From Alphaproteobacteria bacterium (GTDB taxonomy: Bacteria; Pseudomonadota; Alphaproteobacteria; UBA7887), in the NCBI GenBank assembly GCA_030739735.1, contig JASLYQ010000001.1, forward strand, positions 159,633 to 223,632: 64,000 bases of DNA. Reading direction: 5' to 3'. This document shows positions 10,928 through 23,387 of this stretch, piece after piece (the stretch's first letter is position 1; each line of letters starts with the position of its first letter). The notes beneath the pieces were generated by a model. It did no database searches and was not told the origin of the DNA. It worked only from the letters and a program-made list of their open reading frames with translations. The position numbers and the translations under genes are program-made.

Positions 10928-10959
10928 TGCTATCCGCATCCGCAAAAGGAGAGGGGAGC

Positions 10960-11982
10960 ATGAACGACGGCAATCGACAAGTGGTTCTGGCAGCCCGCCC
11001 CGTGGGAGCGCCCAAGCTCGGCGATTTTCACCTGCAGGAAACGCGGCGGCCCGAGCCCGGGACCGGCGAGATGCTGATACGTACCCTTTGGCTCTCGCTT
11101 GACCCCTATATGCGCGGGCGTATGAACGCGCAGAAATCCTATGCGGAGCCGATACCCATCGGCGGTGTCATAGAAGGCGGCACGGTAAGCGTGGTCGAGG
11201 CGTCCAACCATGGCGACTATGCCGTCGGCGACATCATCGTCGGCCGTGCCGGCTGGCAGGAATGGGCAGTGTCCGCAGGCACAGGCATGCGCAAGATCAA
11301 CCCCAACGCAGGACCGCTCTCCGCCTCGCTCGGCGTGCTCGGCATGCCGGGCATGACCGCATATACGGGCCTGCTCAACATAGGCCAACCCAAGGCGGGC
11401 GAGACCGTAGTCGTGGCCGGCGCCTCGGGCGCGGTCGGCAGCGTGGTCGGGCAAATCGCAAGGATCAAGGGCTGTCGTGCTGTCGGCGTCGCCGGAGGTG
11501 CAGAGAAGTGCACCTTCACCACGGGCGAGCTTGGCTTCGACGCCTGCATCGACCACCGCGCACCCGATTTTGCAAATCAGCTCGGCGCCGCCTGCCCTGA
11601 CGGCATTGACGTCTATTTCGAGAATGTCGGCGGGCCGGTGCTGGAGGCAGTGTTCCCACTCATGAACATGTGGGGGCGCATGCCGGTTTGCGGCATGATC
11701 TCACACTACAACGACACCGCGCCGTCGCCCGGCCCCAACATGTTGCCCAAAGCGATGATGTTGATCCTCACCCGGCGCCTGATCCTACGCGGCTTCATCG
11801 TCAGAGACTATACGAGCCAACTGGACGATTTTCTGCGTGACGTGGGTGGTTGGGTGCGCGAGGGCAGGATCCGCTATCGCGAAGACGTGCTGGACGGTCT
11901 GGACAAGGCGCCCGAAGGCCTCATTGGGCTGCTGCAAGGCAATAACTTCGGCAAGCTGGTGGTCAAGGTGGCGGAGCTATGA
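10960..11982 (+). CDS. NADP-dependent oxidoreductase, MDR family (YncB/CurA, alkenal/one reductase-like)
   Basis: The start was chosen at the Met preceded by a strong RBS; the ORF track begins at 10891. Nucleotide-binding motif VVAGASGAVGSVVGQIA. LSLDPYMRGRM N-domain. Confidence 0.8.
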   Translation: MNDGNRQVVLAARPVGAPKLGDFHLQETRRPEPGTGEMLIRTLWLSLDPYMRGRMNAQKSYAEPIPIGGVIEGGTVSVVEASNHGDYAVGDIIVGRAGWQEWAVSAGTGMRKINPNAGPLSASLGVLGMPGMTAYTGLLNIGQPKAGETVVVAGASGAVGSVVGQIARIKGCRAVGVAGGAEKCTFTTGELGFDACIDHRAPDFANQLGAACPDGIDVYFENVGGPVLEAVFPLMNMWGRMPVCGMISHYNDTAPSPGPNMLPKAMMLILTRRLILRGFIVRDYTSQLDDFLRDVGGWVREGRIRYREDVLDGLDKAPEGLIGLLQGNNFGKLVVKVAEL

Positions 11983-12013
11983 GACGGGCCTGCCGCCCTG
12001 CTGATCTCCCCGC

Positions 12014-13162
12014 CTACAAACCCATCTGCCGCGCCGCGAGGTCGCGCATGATTTCTTCGGCGCCACCGCCGATGGCATTCACGCGCACCTCGCGGTAGAT
12101 GCGTTCGACCTTCTGGCCCCTCAGATAGCCGGCGCCACCGAAGGTTTGCACGGCCTCGCGAGCGCAGAACTCCATAGTCAGCGTTGCCTGGTTCTTGAGC
12201 AGGCAAATCTCGGCGACCGGGTCTTCTCCGTGGTCGATGCGCCAGGCGAGGGCTTCCAGCCAGGCCTGGGTCGCCTTGATGCGCATCGCCATGTCGACCA
12301 GCTTATGACGAACCACCTGGTGATCGATGAGGCGCTTGCCGAAGGTTTCGCGCTCCCGAGCATAGCCAACCGTCTCATCGAAGCAGACCTGGGAGAAGCC
12401 GTTGCACCCAGCTGCCATCATCAGCCGCTCGAAGTTGAAGTTCTGCATGATGATCTTGAATCCCTGGTTCTCCGCGCCGATGAGGTTCTCCGCCGGCACG
12501 CGCACATCGTCGAAATAAAGTGTCGCGGTATCGGAGGCGTGCCAGCCCATCTTCTTCAGCGGTGTGCGCGAAAAACCCGGCATGTCGGCCTCTATCAGCA
12601 ATAGGGAGATGCCGTGCATGCCCGCGCCGCCGGTGCGCACTGCCGTGGTGATGTAGTCGGCCTGAAGTCCCGAGGTAATGAAGGTCTTACTGCCCTTGAC
12701 GATATATTGCTTGCCCTCGCGCCGCGCCGTGGTCCGTAGGTTGGCGACATCAGACCCGCCCGTCGACTCGGTGATTGCCAGCGCCGCGATCTTCTCGCCC
12801 GCCAGAACCTCAGGCACGACACGCGCCCTCACCGCGTCCGTCGCCGCCCGGATGACCGGCGGCAGGCCGATGGCATGGCTGCATAGGCTGGCCGACACGC
12901 CACCGGCGCCAGCGCGCGCGAGCTCTTGTGCAGCGATGATCATGCTGAAGTGATCTGCCATCGCGCCCCCAGCCTTGACCGGGTGATAGGCCGCGATAAG
13001 CCCAATCTCACCGGCCTTGCGGAAAAGCGTGCGCGGCAGGCGCTCGGCATCCTCCCAGGCTTCGACGTTGGGATCAACCTCCATCTCGACAAAGCGGCGC
13101 AGGCTATCGCGCCAGACCTCGTGATCAGCGGTGTAGTACGGACTTGGTATCATGACCGACAT
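12014..13162 (-). CDS. acyl-CoA dehydrogenase family protein
   Basis: 382 aa. ACAD N/M/C domains. C-terminal QTFGGAGY…YREVRVNAIGGGAEEI. Confidence 0.85.
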   Translation of the reverse strand: MSVMIPSPYYTADHEVWRDSLRRFVEMEVDPNVEAWEDAERLPRTLFRKAGEIGLIAAYHPVKAGGAMADHFSMIIAAQELARAGAGGVSASLCSHAIGLPPVIRAATDAVRARVVPEVLAGEKIAALAITESTGGSDVANLRTTARREGKQYIVKGSKTFITSGLQADYITTAVRTGGAGMHGISLLLIEADMPGFSRTPLKKMGWHASDTATLYFDDVRVPAENLIGAENQGFKIIMQNFNFERLMMAAGCNGFSQVCFDETVGYARERETFGKRLIDHQVVRHKLVDMAMRIKATQAWLEALAWRIDHGEDPVAEICLLKNQATLTMEFCAREAVQTFGGAGYLRGQKVERIYREVRVNAIGGGAEEIMRDLAARQMGL

Positions 13163-13366
13163 CCCTCCGATGAGCGGAAGTCACTATAGGACGGTTGCGA
13201 CTGCACGGCACTGTCTAACAGCTAAAATATTCTTACATATTACTAGTATGCCAATAGAATGCTCATAGAGGTCTGACTCAATTTTGGATTCCAATGGCTT
13301 GCCCACACTAGAAGCACAGTACAGTGTGACGCGATCGACGCGCGCGGCGGGATAGGCGAAAGAACC

Positions 13367-13996
13367 CTACCCCCGTTTCTCCTCCGTCCATTTCGGGCGA
13401 GGGTGGGTGATGATAGTTTCGACGGGAGAATAGTCGAGATAGCCAAGCCGGCCAACGGGGCGTAGCTTATTCCAGGCTACTATCCCGTTCTCGATCACGC
13501 GGTCGTCAATATGAATGCCTATGACCTCGCCAAATACCACGCTGTTGTCGGCCGGTGCGATTGAGCGCAGGCGCGTGGTCTGCACGTAGCGGCATTCGAG
13601 ATGCACTGGGCTACCGGCCACGCGCGGCGGCCTGACCACCTTGGACGCCTCGGTCTGTAGCCCAGCATAAGCAAATTCGTCGACCTCGTGCGGCGCCGGC
13701 ACTGAGGTGGCGTTCATGGCCTCGACAAGCTCTTGCGTGACCATGTTGACCACAAACTCACCCTGCGTTTCAACATTATGCACGGTGTCCTTGAGCCCGC
13801 CCTGCTCGTGGTGGCCAGAGGCCGCGAACATCACGTGCGGCGGCGTGTAAGAGAGCGCATTGAAGAACGAATAGGGCGCTAGGTTGACATTGCCGTCGGT
13901 GTCCATCGACGAAATCCAGCCGATCGGTCGCGGGACGACAAGGGCGTTAAACGGATTATGCCGCATACCATGCGGCTCGCCGGGCTTGTAGAACAT
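13367..13996 (-). CDS. flavin reductase family protein (NAD(P)H:FMN oxidoreductase-like)
   Basis: 209 aa. Flavin_Reduct domain signature PRPIGWISSMDTDGNVNLAPYSFF. Confidence 0.8.
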   Translation of the reverse strand: MFYKPGEPHGMRHNPFNALVVPRPIGWISSMDTDGNVNLAPYSFFNALSYTPPHVMFAASGHHEQGGLKDTVHNVETQGEFVVNMVTQELVEAMNATSVPAPHEVDEFAYAGLQTEASKVVRPPRVAGSPVHLECRYVQTTRLRSIAPADNSVVFGEVIGIHIDDRVIENGIVAWNKLRPVGRLGYLDYSPVETIITHPRPKWTEEKRG

Positions 13997-14060
13997 GCCT
14001 TCCCTCCCACAAAGAAAAGCCCCTCCCGCCGCGACGGCGGGAGGGACCGAATTTGTGCGC

Positions 14061-15245
14061 TTAGTTGACCTCGAACAGGCCGGCCGCGCCCATGCCGCCG
14101 CCGATGCACATGGTCACAACCACGTTCTTGGCGCCGCGGCGCTTACCTTCGATAAGCGCGTGGCCGGTCAGCCGAGCGCCGGACATGCCATAGGGGTGCC
14201 CGATAGAGATGGCGCCACCGTCGATATTGAGATTTTCGTTGGGGATGCCGAGCTTGTCGCGGCTGTAAATTACCTGCACCGCAAAAGCCTCGTTGAGTTC
14301 CCAGAGATCGATGTCATCCATGGTCAGGCCGTTGCGCTCCAAAAGCCGGGGTACAGCATAGACCGGCCCGATACCCATCTCGTCGGGCTCCAGCGCCGCG
14401 ACACTGAAACCGCGGAAAGTGCCGAGCGGCTCAAGGCCGCGCTGCTCGGCGAGCTTGGCATCCATCACCACGCAAGCCGAAGCACCATCCGAGAGCTGGC
14501 TGGCATTGCCGGCAGTGATGAAGCCACCCTCGCCGATCACCGGTTGCAGGCCCGCCAGGCCTTCCAATGTCGTGCTCGGTCGGTTGCCCTCGTCCTGCTC
14601 CAAGGTCACCGCCTGTTCGCTAGTCTCGCCGGTTTCCTTGTCGGCAACGATCTTGACGCTCGGTAGCGGCACGATCTCATCATCAAAGCGTCCAGCCTGC
14701 TGCGCCGCCGCTGTGCGCATCTGGCTTTGCAAGCCGTATTCGTCCTGGACCTCACGGCTAATACCATAGCGGTCGGCCACCACCTCGGCGGTCTGGATCA
14801 TGCTGTAGTAGATCTCGGGTTTGTGCTCGTCTAGCCATTCGTCATGGCCGCGATAACTGTTCTGGTGGTCGTTCTGCACCAGGCTAATTGAATCGAGACC
14901 ACCGGCAACCATCACCGGCACGTTGTCAACGATTACTCGCTGCGCCGCCATGGCAATGGTTTGCAGACCCGATGAACAAAAGCGATTGACCGTGGCACCG
15001 CTAGTGGTCACGGGTAGGCCCGCACGCAGCACCGCCTGGCGGGCAATATTGCCACCGGTGGCACCTTCCGGGATAGCACAGCCGAGCAACACGTCCTCAA
15101 CCTCCTCCGGATCGACGCCGGCACGCTCGACCGCATGCTTAATCACATGGCCGCCGAGTTCGGCACCGTGGGTGTTGTTGAAGGCACCGCGATAGGCTTT
15201 GCCGATCGGCGTACGTGCGGTTGAGACGATGACGGCTTCACGCAT
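14061..15245 (-). CDS. acetyl-CoA C-acyltransferase (thiolase I/II family)
   Basis: 394 aa. N-terminal [12 protein letters not shown]. Active-site regions NRFCSSGLQ and C-terminal CIGGGMGAA. Confidence 0.9.
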   Translation of the reverse strand: MREAVIVSTARTPIGKAYRGAFNNTHGAELGGHVIKHAVERAGVDPEEVEDVLLGCAIPEGATGGNIARQAVLRAGLPVTTSGATVNRFCSSGLQTIAMAAQRVIVDNVPVMVAGGLDSISLVQNDHQNSYRGHDEWLDEHKPEIYYSMIQTAEVVADRYGISREVQDEYGLQSQMRTAAAQQAGRFDDEIVPLPSVKIVADKETGETSEQAVTLEQDEGNRPSTTLEGLAGLQPVIGEGGFITAGNASQLSDGASACVVMDAKLAEQRGLEPLGTFRGFSVAALEPDEMGIGPVYAVPRLLERNGLTMDDIDLWELNEAFAVQVIYSRDKLGIPNENLNIDGGAISIGHPYGMSGARLTGHALIEGKRRGAKNVVVTMCIGGGMGAAGLFEVN

Positions 15246-15275
15246 GACTGCACTCCCATTGTGATAGCGTATCGG

Positions 15276-17366
<2,091 letters not shown>

Positions 17367-17693
17367 GAGGCCCGCGTCCTTTGCAAGAATGGGAAAGCCC
17401 CGGCAAGAAAGCCCGCTGGGCACCCCGCGTCAATCGCTAATGCGGAAGGGCCGGTCTGCGCTCAGCGTATTGACACAGCCCACGCGGTTACATTGCGCGA
17501 GGCAGGAGCAAGCCGCGCCATCTGATGCGACTGCTTCAGGCGCCAGTAGGGAAGGGAACCGGCGTGACTGAGGACGAAGGGTAAGCGGGTATAACTGACC
17601 CCGTGCTCGCCGGATATTCGCCCCGCGGTTGGGACTTGCCGCCTGACCTAGGGCCGAATGTTGCGGCAAACTACTGATCTCAAGTAACACTTT

Positions 17694-18551
17694 CTACGCC
17701 GCACCCAGCCTTTTCAAATATGAGTAAACACGGGTGAAGTCGGCGCCCGGCATGGCGTCGTGCATGGCAGCGAGAGTCTCGCCCACTTGCCGCGCGACCT
17801 TTTCGCGGGCGCCGATGCGCTCGGCTTCAGCCAGATAGAGCGCCACGTCCTTGCTCAGGAGATCAACCGTGAAGCCAGCATCGTAGCGGCCGTTCAATAT
17901 GCGGGTCGGAAATTTATCTGACGTGGCCGTGTTTTGGCCGCTGGAGACGTTGAGCACGTCGATGATCACTTTTGGGTTGAGCCCGTGCGCCTCGCCGAAC
18001 AGCACGACCTCGCTGGTGGCAACCATAGCGACGCCCGAGAGCAGATTGTTGAGCAGCTTCATGGTCTGGCCCTGGCCCGGCGCGGGGCCGATGTAGAAGA
18101 GATTCTTGGCCATGGTCTTGAGCGCCGGCGTGGCGCGCTCAAACTCTGCGGACTCGCCCGAGACCATCATCGCCAGGGTGCCCCGCACCGCTCCGCGGGT
18201 GCCGCCCGAGACCGGCGCATCGAGATAGGTGATACCGGCTTCGGCCAGCAGCCCGTGTACGCGCACTGCCGCTTCCGGGCCGATGGTCGAATGGTCGAAC
18301 ACACAGCCCGTCCAGCCACTCTCCACGATCTCGCTTGCCACTGCCTCGACCGCCGAGCCATCAGGCAGTGACAGCAGCGCCACACCAGCACCGGCCAGCG
18401 CCTCCGCCACCGAGTCGGCGGCCGTGCCGCCATCGGGCAGCCGCTCGGCCGTGCCCGCGGCATCGTACCCGATCAGAGCATAACCGGCGTCCGCCAGCCG
18501 CGCCGCCATACGCGCGCCCATCTGCCCGAGCCCAATAAAGGCGGTGCGCAT
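17694..18551 (-). CDS. NAD(P)-dependent oxidoreductase, 3-hydroxyisobutyrate / 6-phosphogluconate dehydrogenase-like family
   Basis: Start at MRTAFIGLGQMGARMA (Rossmann motif). 285 aa. Confidence 0.8.
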   Translation of the reverse strand: MRTAFIGLGQMGARMAARLADAGYALIGYDAAGTAERLPDGGTAADSVAEALAGAGVALLSLPDGSAVEAVASEIVESGWTGCVFDHSTIGPEAAVRVHGLLAEAGITYLDAPVSGGTRGAVRGTLAMMVSGESAEFERATPALKTMAKNLFYIGPAPGQGQTMKLLNNLLSGVAMVATSEVVLFGEAHGLNPKVIIDVLNVSSGQNTATSDKFPTRILNGRYDAGFTVDLLSKDVALYLAEAERIGAREKVARQVGETLAAMHDAMPGADFTRVYSYLKRLGAA

Positions 18552-18625
18552 GGTTTTGCTCCTCACTTGCATGCTTGGTTCAGACCGTGCCAGCTTAGCA
18601 GCCGCATATTGCAGGGAGGAAGCCC

Positions 18626-19090
18626 GTGAGAGAGATCGAAAGTTTCGAGGCCATGCGCGCCCTGGTCGGCGAGGAGCTTGGCGTCAGCAGCTGGGTCGAT
18701 GTGACCCAGGAACGTATCGATAAGTTCGCCGAAGCAACGGGTGACTTCCAATGGATCCACGTGGACCCAAAGCGTGCCAAGACCGAGCTGCCGGGGGGCA
18801 AGACTATCGCCCACGGCTATCTCACGTTGTCACTGGTGCCGATGATGATGTACGAGATCTACAAGATCGTCAACGTCACCCACGGGCTGAACTACGGCGC
18901 CAATAAGATTCGCTTCACAGCGCCGGTGCCAGCGGGCGTGCGCGTACGCGGGCGCCTGCGCATCAAGAACACCGAGGACATGCCCAATAACGGCCTCAAG
19001 ATCTTCGGCGAGGTCACGGTTGAGATAGAAGGCGCTGAGCGCCCCGCCTGCGTGGCGGAAACAATCAGCGTGGCCTACAGCGCCACTTAA
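18626..19090 (+). CDS. MaoC-family (R)-specific enoyl-CoA hydratase/dehydratase
   Basis: 154 aa hot-dog fold. FQWIHVDPKRA…GKTIAHGYLTLSL motif. Confidence 0.85.
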   Translation: MREIESFEAMRALVGEELGVSSWVDVTQERIDKFAEATGDFQWIHVDPKRAKTELPGGKTIAHGYLTLSLVPMMMYEIYKIVNVTHGLNYGANKIRFTAPVPAGVRVRGRLRIKNTEDMPNNGLKIFGEVTVEIEGAERPACVAETISVAYSAT

Positions 19091-19136
19091 GCCGCGGCGA
19101 ATGTAGGTTGTGCCTTGGATCGAGTTACAAGAATAC

Positions 19137-20627
19137 CTAAGTCTGTAACCGCTCGCGTAAAGCGACCTTGACCACCTTACCATAGTTGTTCTTAGGGAGC
19201 TCGTCGATAGCAAGGTAGGACTTAGGGCGCTTGAAGCGAGCAATGTTTTCCAAGCATAGCACATCCAGCGCCACGGGGTCGATGTCGACCCCCTTTTGCA
19301 TGACCACGAAGGCCACTACCTCTTCGCCCCATTCGGGATGAGGGCGCCCAACCACCGCAGCTTCGCGCACATCGGCGTGGCGCAGCAGCACTTCCTCAAC
19401 CTCACGCGGATAGATGTTGCTGCCGCCCGAAACGATCATGTCCTTTGAGCGGTCACGCAACGTCAAAAAGCCATCTTCATCGAGCACCCCGACATCGCCC
19501 GTGCGCAGCCAGCCGTCGCGCAGGGCCTCGGCTGTCGCTTCCAGATCGTTCCAGTAGCCGAGCATAACCGCAGGCCCCTTGACTTCGATCTCACCCACCT
19601 CGCCCGCCTCCAGCGCCTGGCCATCCTCGCCGGTGATGCGCAGCTCGACCGCGCTTTCCGCGAGGCCGACCGATGACAGGTACTCACGCGACTCGTGCCA
19701 GCGGCGACTCAGCGCCGTGATGGTCATGGGCGATTCAGCCTGGGCGTAGATCTGGATAAAACGCTGACCCATGACTGCGATAGCCTTCTCGATATCGGCG
19801 AGATACATTGGCCCACCGCCATAGATCACGGACTTGATGCCGTCGCCGTCCATGCCGCGCACCTTGGCCGCATCCACTAGGCGACGCACCATCGTCGGGG
19901 CCGCAAACAGCGAGACGTTGCGCAAGGTTTGGGCTAGATCCAGAACCTCGGCTGCGTCAAAGCCGCCGGACGCGGGCACGACGTGGCGGGCGCCGGCGCG
20001 CACGTTCTGAAAATTGTAGACACCGGCGCCATGCGACATGGGCGCGGCATAGAGGATAGCGTCGCTGGGCGCGATCGCCTCGACGTCCATGACATAGCAC
20101 AGCGCCTGCACGACGAGATTGCCGTGCGACAGCATAACGCCCTTTGGCCGGCCCGTGGTACCGGAGGTATAGAACAGCCAGGCGAGATCATTCTCTTTGC
20201 GTGATAACGGCCGTGGTGGTCCCTTGCCTTCCCGCATCACAGCATGCGCCGACTCGTCTACGGAAAGGACGGTGGCGTCGGTATTCAGCACAGCCGCGGT
20301 GGTAGCGTCGCAATAGACAACCTTGCAGCCCGCATTATCGAGAATCCACTCCGCCTCGCGGGGATGCAGCTTGGCATTGATTGGTACCACCGCCGCGCCC
20401 AGCCACCAGATGCCGTAAAGCACTTCGAGATACTCGATGCGGTTCTTCATGAGGACGCCTACGCGGTCACCAGAGACAACGCCGTAATCACGCGCCAGCC
20501 CACCCCCCAGCGCCGAAGCGCGACGGGCAAATTCCTGATAATCCGCCACCATCCTCTGGCCACAAAACAGTGCTGGCGCCTCTGGGCGCGTGTGGGCGGT
20601 GCGATATAACCACTCAGCTAGATTCAT
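19137..20627 (-). CDS. AMP-dependent acyl-CoA synthetase/ligase
   Basis: 496 aa. AMP-binding motif LFYTSGTTGRPKGV. C-terminal KSYLAIDELPKNNYGKV. Confidence 0.85.
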   Translation of the reverse strand: MNLAEWLYRTAHTRPEAPALFCGQRMVADYQEFARRASALGGGLARDYGVVSGDRVGVLMKNRIEYLEVLYGIWWLGAAVVPINAKLHPREAEWILDNAGCKVVYCDATTAAVLNTDATVLSVDESAHAVMREGKGPPRPLSRKENDLAWLFYTSGTTGRPKGVMLSHGNLVVQALCYVMDVEAIAPSDAILYAAPMSHGAGVYNFQNVRAGARHVVPASGGFDAAEVLDLAQTLRNVSLFAAPTMVRRLVDAAKVRGMDGDGIKSVIYGGGPMYLADIEKAIAVMGQRFIQIYAQAESPMTITALSRRWHESREYLSSVGLAESAVELRITGEDGQALEAGEVGEIEVKGPAVMLGYWNDLEATAEALRDGWLRTGDVGVLDEDGFLTLRDRSKDMIVSGGSNIYPREVEEVLLRHADVREAAVVGRPHPEWGEEVVAFVVMQKGVDIDPVALDVLCLENIARFKRPKSYLAIDELPKNNYGKVVKVALRERLQT

Positions 20628-20633
20628 AGCCGG

Positions 20634-21410
20634 CTACATGGCCGTAATGCCGCCGTCGAGCACGAATTCGGTGCCGGTCATAAACTTCGATTCATCAGAG
20701 GCCAAATAGACGATACCCCAGGCGATGTCGTCGGGCTCGCCCATATGGCCGAGAGGAATCTGGCGCTCGAGCTTGGCCTTGGTCTTGGCGGGATCGGGTG
20801 AGCCCTCGTACATGGCCTTGACCATGGGCGTGTCGATAAAGGTCGGATGCACCGAGTTGCAGCGGATGTTGTAGCCCTGGCGCGCGCAATAGAGTGCGAC
20901 AGATTTGGTCAGCAGCCGCACCGCACCCTTGCTGGCGTTGTAGGCGGCGAGGTTGTGGCCACCGATCAGCCCCGAGACAGACGAGATGTTGACGATCGAA
21001 CCACCCGCCCCGTCCTCGCGCGAGGTCTGCTTGATCGCCGCGACACCGTACTTACAACCGAGAAAAACGCCGTCTGAATTGACCGCCTGGGTGCGTGTCC
21101 AGTCCTCGAACGAGGTCTCCTCGACATTGCCCATCTCTGCGATGCCGGCGCTGTTGACCAGCACATCGAGGCGGCCATGACGGGTTAGCGCCACCTCAAC
21201 CACCGCCTGCCAGCCGGCCTCGTGGGTGACATTATGCTCGAGAAACAGAATGTCGCCGCCTATCTCCGCCGCCACCGCATGGCCCGCTTCGGCCTGGATA
21301 TCGGTAATCACTACCCGCGCACCCTCCTCTACCATGCGCTCGGCACTGCGCCTGCCGATGCCCGATGCCCCGCCCGTGATCAATGCGACCTTGCCATCCA
21401 ACCGTGCCAT
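20634..21410 (-). CDS. SDR-family oxidoreductase
   Basis: VALITGGASGIGRRSAE Rossmann motif. NISSVSG…YNASKGAV catalytic region. Confidence 0.85.
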   Translation of the reverse strand: MARLDGKVALITGGASGIGRRSAERMVEEGARVVITDIQAEAGHAVAAEIGGDILFLEHNVTHEAGWQAVVEVALTRHGRLDVLVNSAGIAEMGNVEETSFEDWTRTQAVNSDGVFLGCKYGVAAIKQTSREDGAGGSIVNISSVSGLIGGHNLAAYNASKGAVRLLTKSVALYCARQGYNIRCNSVHPTFIDTPMVKAMYEGSPDPAKTKAKLERQIPLGHMGEPDDIAWGIVYLASDESKFMTGTEFVLDGGITAM

Positions 21411-21495
21411 GCCGACCCCCTATGCTGCGTCCGGGACCACGATACGCGCCTGCATAGCTTGACTCAATTGGCACCTCACGCCCAAATGTGCCGAC

Positions 21496-22392
21496 ATGAG
21501 GGACGCCGTGACCACAACACCATCAGCCGCAGACACACACCCGCGCCAGCGCGCGACGGTGCTCGATTCCGAGATCACTTATGTCGATACCGGCAAGACG
21601 GACGGCCGCCCGTTGGTGTTCCTACACGGTAATCCGACCTCGTCCTATCTCTGGCGCAATATCATTCCGCACCTGGCCGAGGGCAATCGGTGCTTGGCAC
21701 CGGATTTGATCGGCATGGGCGATTCCGGTGGCGCGTCGAACGACGACTACAGCTTTGCCACCCACGCGCGTTATCTCGATGCCTGGCTTGCAATCATGGA
21801 CCTGCGCGATACAGTCTTGGTAGTGCATGACTGGGGTTCAGCGCTGGGCTTCCACTGGGCCTATCGCAACCAGGACCGAGTCGCCGGCATCGCCTACATG
21901 GAAGCCTTGGTACGCCCGGTCCGCTGGGCCGACTGGCCCGACAGCGCACGCGAGTTCTTCCAGGCGCTGCGCTCGCCCGCAGGCGAGGAAATGGTACTGG
22001 AGAAGAACCTATTCGTGGAGGTGCTGCTGCCGCGCGCAATATTGCGCGGGCTGACGGATGCTGAGATGGCGCACTACCGCAAGCGCTACACGCAGCCCGG
22101 CGAGTCGCGCCGCCCGACGCTGACTTGGCCGCGCCAGATCCCTATCAATGGCGAGCCGGCAGACGTGGTGGCCATCGCCGAAGCCTATTCAGCGTGGATG
22201 GCGGCAAGCGACCTGCCCAAGCTTTTCATAAATGCCGAGCCCGGCAGCATCCTCGTCGGCGAGCAACGCGAGTTCTGTCGCGCCTGGCCCAACCAGACCG
22301 AGATCACGGTGCCTGGGCTGCATTTCATCCAGGAGGACTCGCCTGATCAGATCGGCGAGGCGGTGAGCGACTTCGTAGCGCACCTCGGCTAA
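21496..22392 (+). CDS. haloalkane dehalogenase, HLD-II subfamily (LinB/DhaA/DmbA-like)
   Basis: 298 aa. LVFLHGNPTSSYLWRNIIPH (halide-stabilising Asn-Trp), nucleophile HDWGSALG, GLHFIQEDSPD catalytic His. By my recollection of those sequences, it is near-collinear with LinB/DhaA over the cap and core domains. Confidence 0.9.
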   Translation: MRDAVTTTPSAADTHPRQRATVLDSEITYVDTGKTDGRPLVFLHGNPTSSYLWRNIIPHLAEGNRCLAPDLIGMGDSGGASNDDYSFATHARYLDAWLAIMDLRDTVLVVHDWGSALGFHWAYRNQDRVAGIAYMEALVRPVRWADWPDSAREFFQALRSPAGEEMVLEKNLFVEVLLPRAILRGLTDAEMAHYRKRYTQPGESRRPTLTWPRQIPINGEPADVVAIAEAYSAWMAASDLPKLFINAEPGSILVGEQREFCRAWPNQTEITVPGLHFIQEDSPDQIGEAVSDFVAHLG

Positions 22393-22782
22393 GGCGTTGC
22401 ACGAGACTGGCTGTTTTTCTCATCTTCGGCCAATACAAGTCTTTGACTATTAAACAAAAATCTGTACCTAGCTTATTTCGTAATTCCCGGTGCCACACGT
22501 TCGGTGACCAGGAGATAGACTCCGGCGAACAGAGAATTCACTGACTGGCACCTAGCCCCTCGTCCGGCAAATGAAGGGGCACGCGGAGAAACGGAGGATT
22601 CGCGTTTGACGGATTTGATGAGGGATGCCAGTCAACGGCGGTACCGATCAGACGCAATACCTTCGCGCTGCCACGAGGGAGGGCGCCGGAAGACGCCGAA
22701 TGTGATCGCCGGAATCGCAAATGGTACTCGCCCTTGCAAAGCGCCCGCGGCCCTGCCCACAATGTGCCACGGGAGGGCGATT

Positions 22783-23091
22783 ATGCGTAGTCATCATGAT
22801 ATGGGCGGTGAGCCGGCCGGGCCAGTCGAGATCACCGAGGACGACTACGACGTCTGGGAGAAGCGCATCGACGCGCTGCTTTCCTTGCTCATCCAGGAAG
22901 AGAAGATCATGCGCGTCGACGAGCTGCGCCGCGGCATCGAGGCACTGGCGCCAAATGCCTATGCGTCTTTGAGCTATTACGAGCGCTGGATTGCCTCCAT
23001 CGCCGCTATTCTCGTCGAAAAAGACGTGCTGGGTCAGGACGAGGTCGACGCGCGCGTGGCTGTAGTGGCGGCGCGGGAGGGCGAAGCATGA
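22783..23091 (+). CDS. nitrile hydratase-like beta subunit, N-terminal half encoded as a separate polypeptide (ScnB/ToyK/L-like)
   Basis: 102 aa from the ATG at 22783, preceded by a GGGAGGG RBS (the six-frame ORF extends upstream to 22606). MRSHHDMGGEP…WEKRIDAL…YYERWIASIA aligns with the NHase beta N-domain (YDVGG…WEK…YYWHWI). The stop overlaps the next start (ATGA). Confidence 0.75.
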   Translation: MRSHHDMGGEPAGPVEITEDDYDVWEKRIDALLSLLIQEEKIMRVDELRRGIEALAPNAYASLSYYERWIASIAAILVEKDVLGQDEVDARVAVVAAREGEA

Positions 23092-23387
23092 GTCGCTTTG
23101 CCGTCAGCGAGCGCGTACAGGTCGCCTTCCACGACCCGCCCGATACCCCGCGCAAGCCGCATCTGCGCACGCCCTGGTACGTGCGTGGCAAAAGCGGTGA
23201 GATCGAGCGCATCTGCGGCGAATTCCGCAATCCCGAAGGCCTGGCCTATGGTGAGGACGGCCTGCCCAAGCAGACACTGTATCGCGTACGGTTCTCCCAA
23301 TCCCATCTCTGGCCAGATTATGCGGGCCCGGCTCACGACTGCGTCGAGGTCGAGATCTACGAGCATTGGTTGGAGCGGACGTCATGA
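23088..23387 (+). CDS. nitrile hydratase-like beta subunit, C-terminal half as a separate polypeptide (ScnA/ToyL/K-like)
   Basis: 99 aa. WYVRGKSGEIERI…LYRVRFSQSHLW…DCVEVEIYEHWLE aligns with the NHase beta C-domain (YVRGKTGTV…LYTVRF…ELW). ATGA overlaps on both sides. Confidence 0.75.
   Translation: MSRFAVSERVQVAFHDPPDTPRKPHLRTPWYVRGKSGEIERICGEFRNPEGLAYGEDGLPKQTLYRVRFSQSHLWPDYAGPAHDCVEVEIYEHWLERTS

Noticed and set aside
13163-13366. AT-rich 200-nt spacer between the ACAD and flavin reductase genes, containing an actagtat motif that also occurs at the NfeD amber site
   Set aside because: A single shared 8-mer is most likely coincidence. There are no flanking repeats or ORFs, so it is probably just an internal promoter/spacer region.
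22606-22782. 59-codon upstream extension of the NHase betaN ORF
   Set aside because: It has no similarity to NHase beta. Homology begins exactly at the Met at 22783, which has a good GGGAGGG Shine-Dalgarno.
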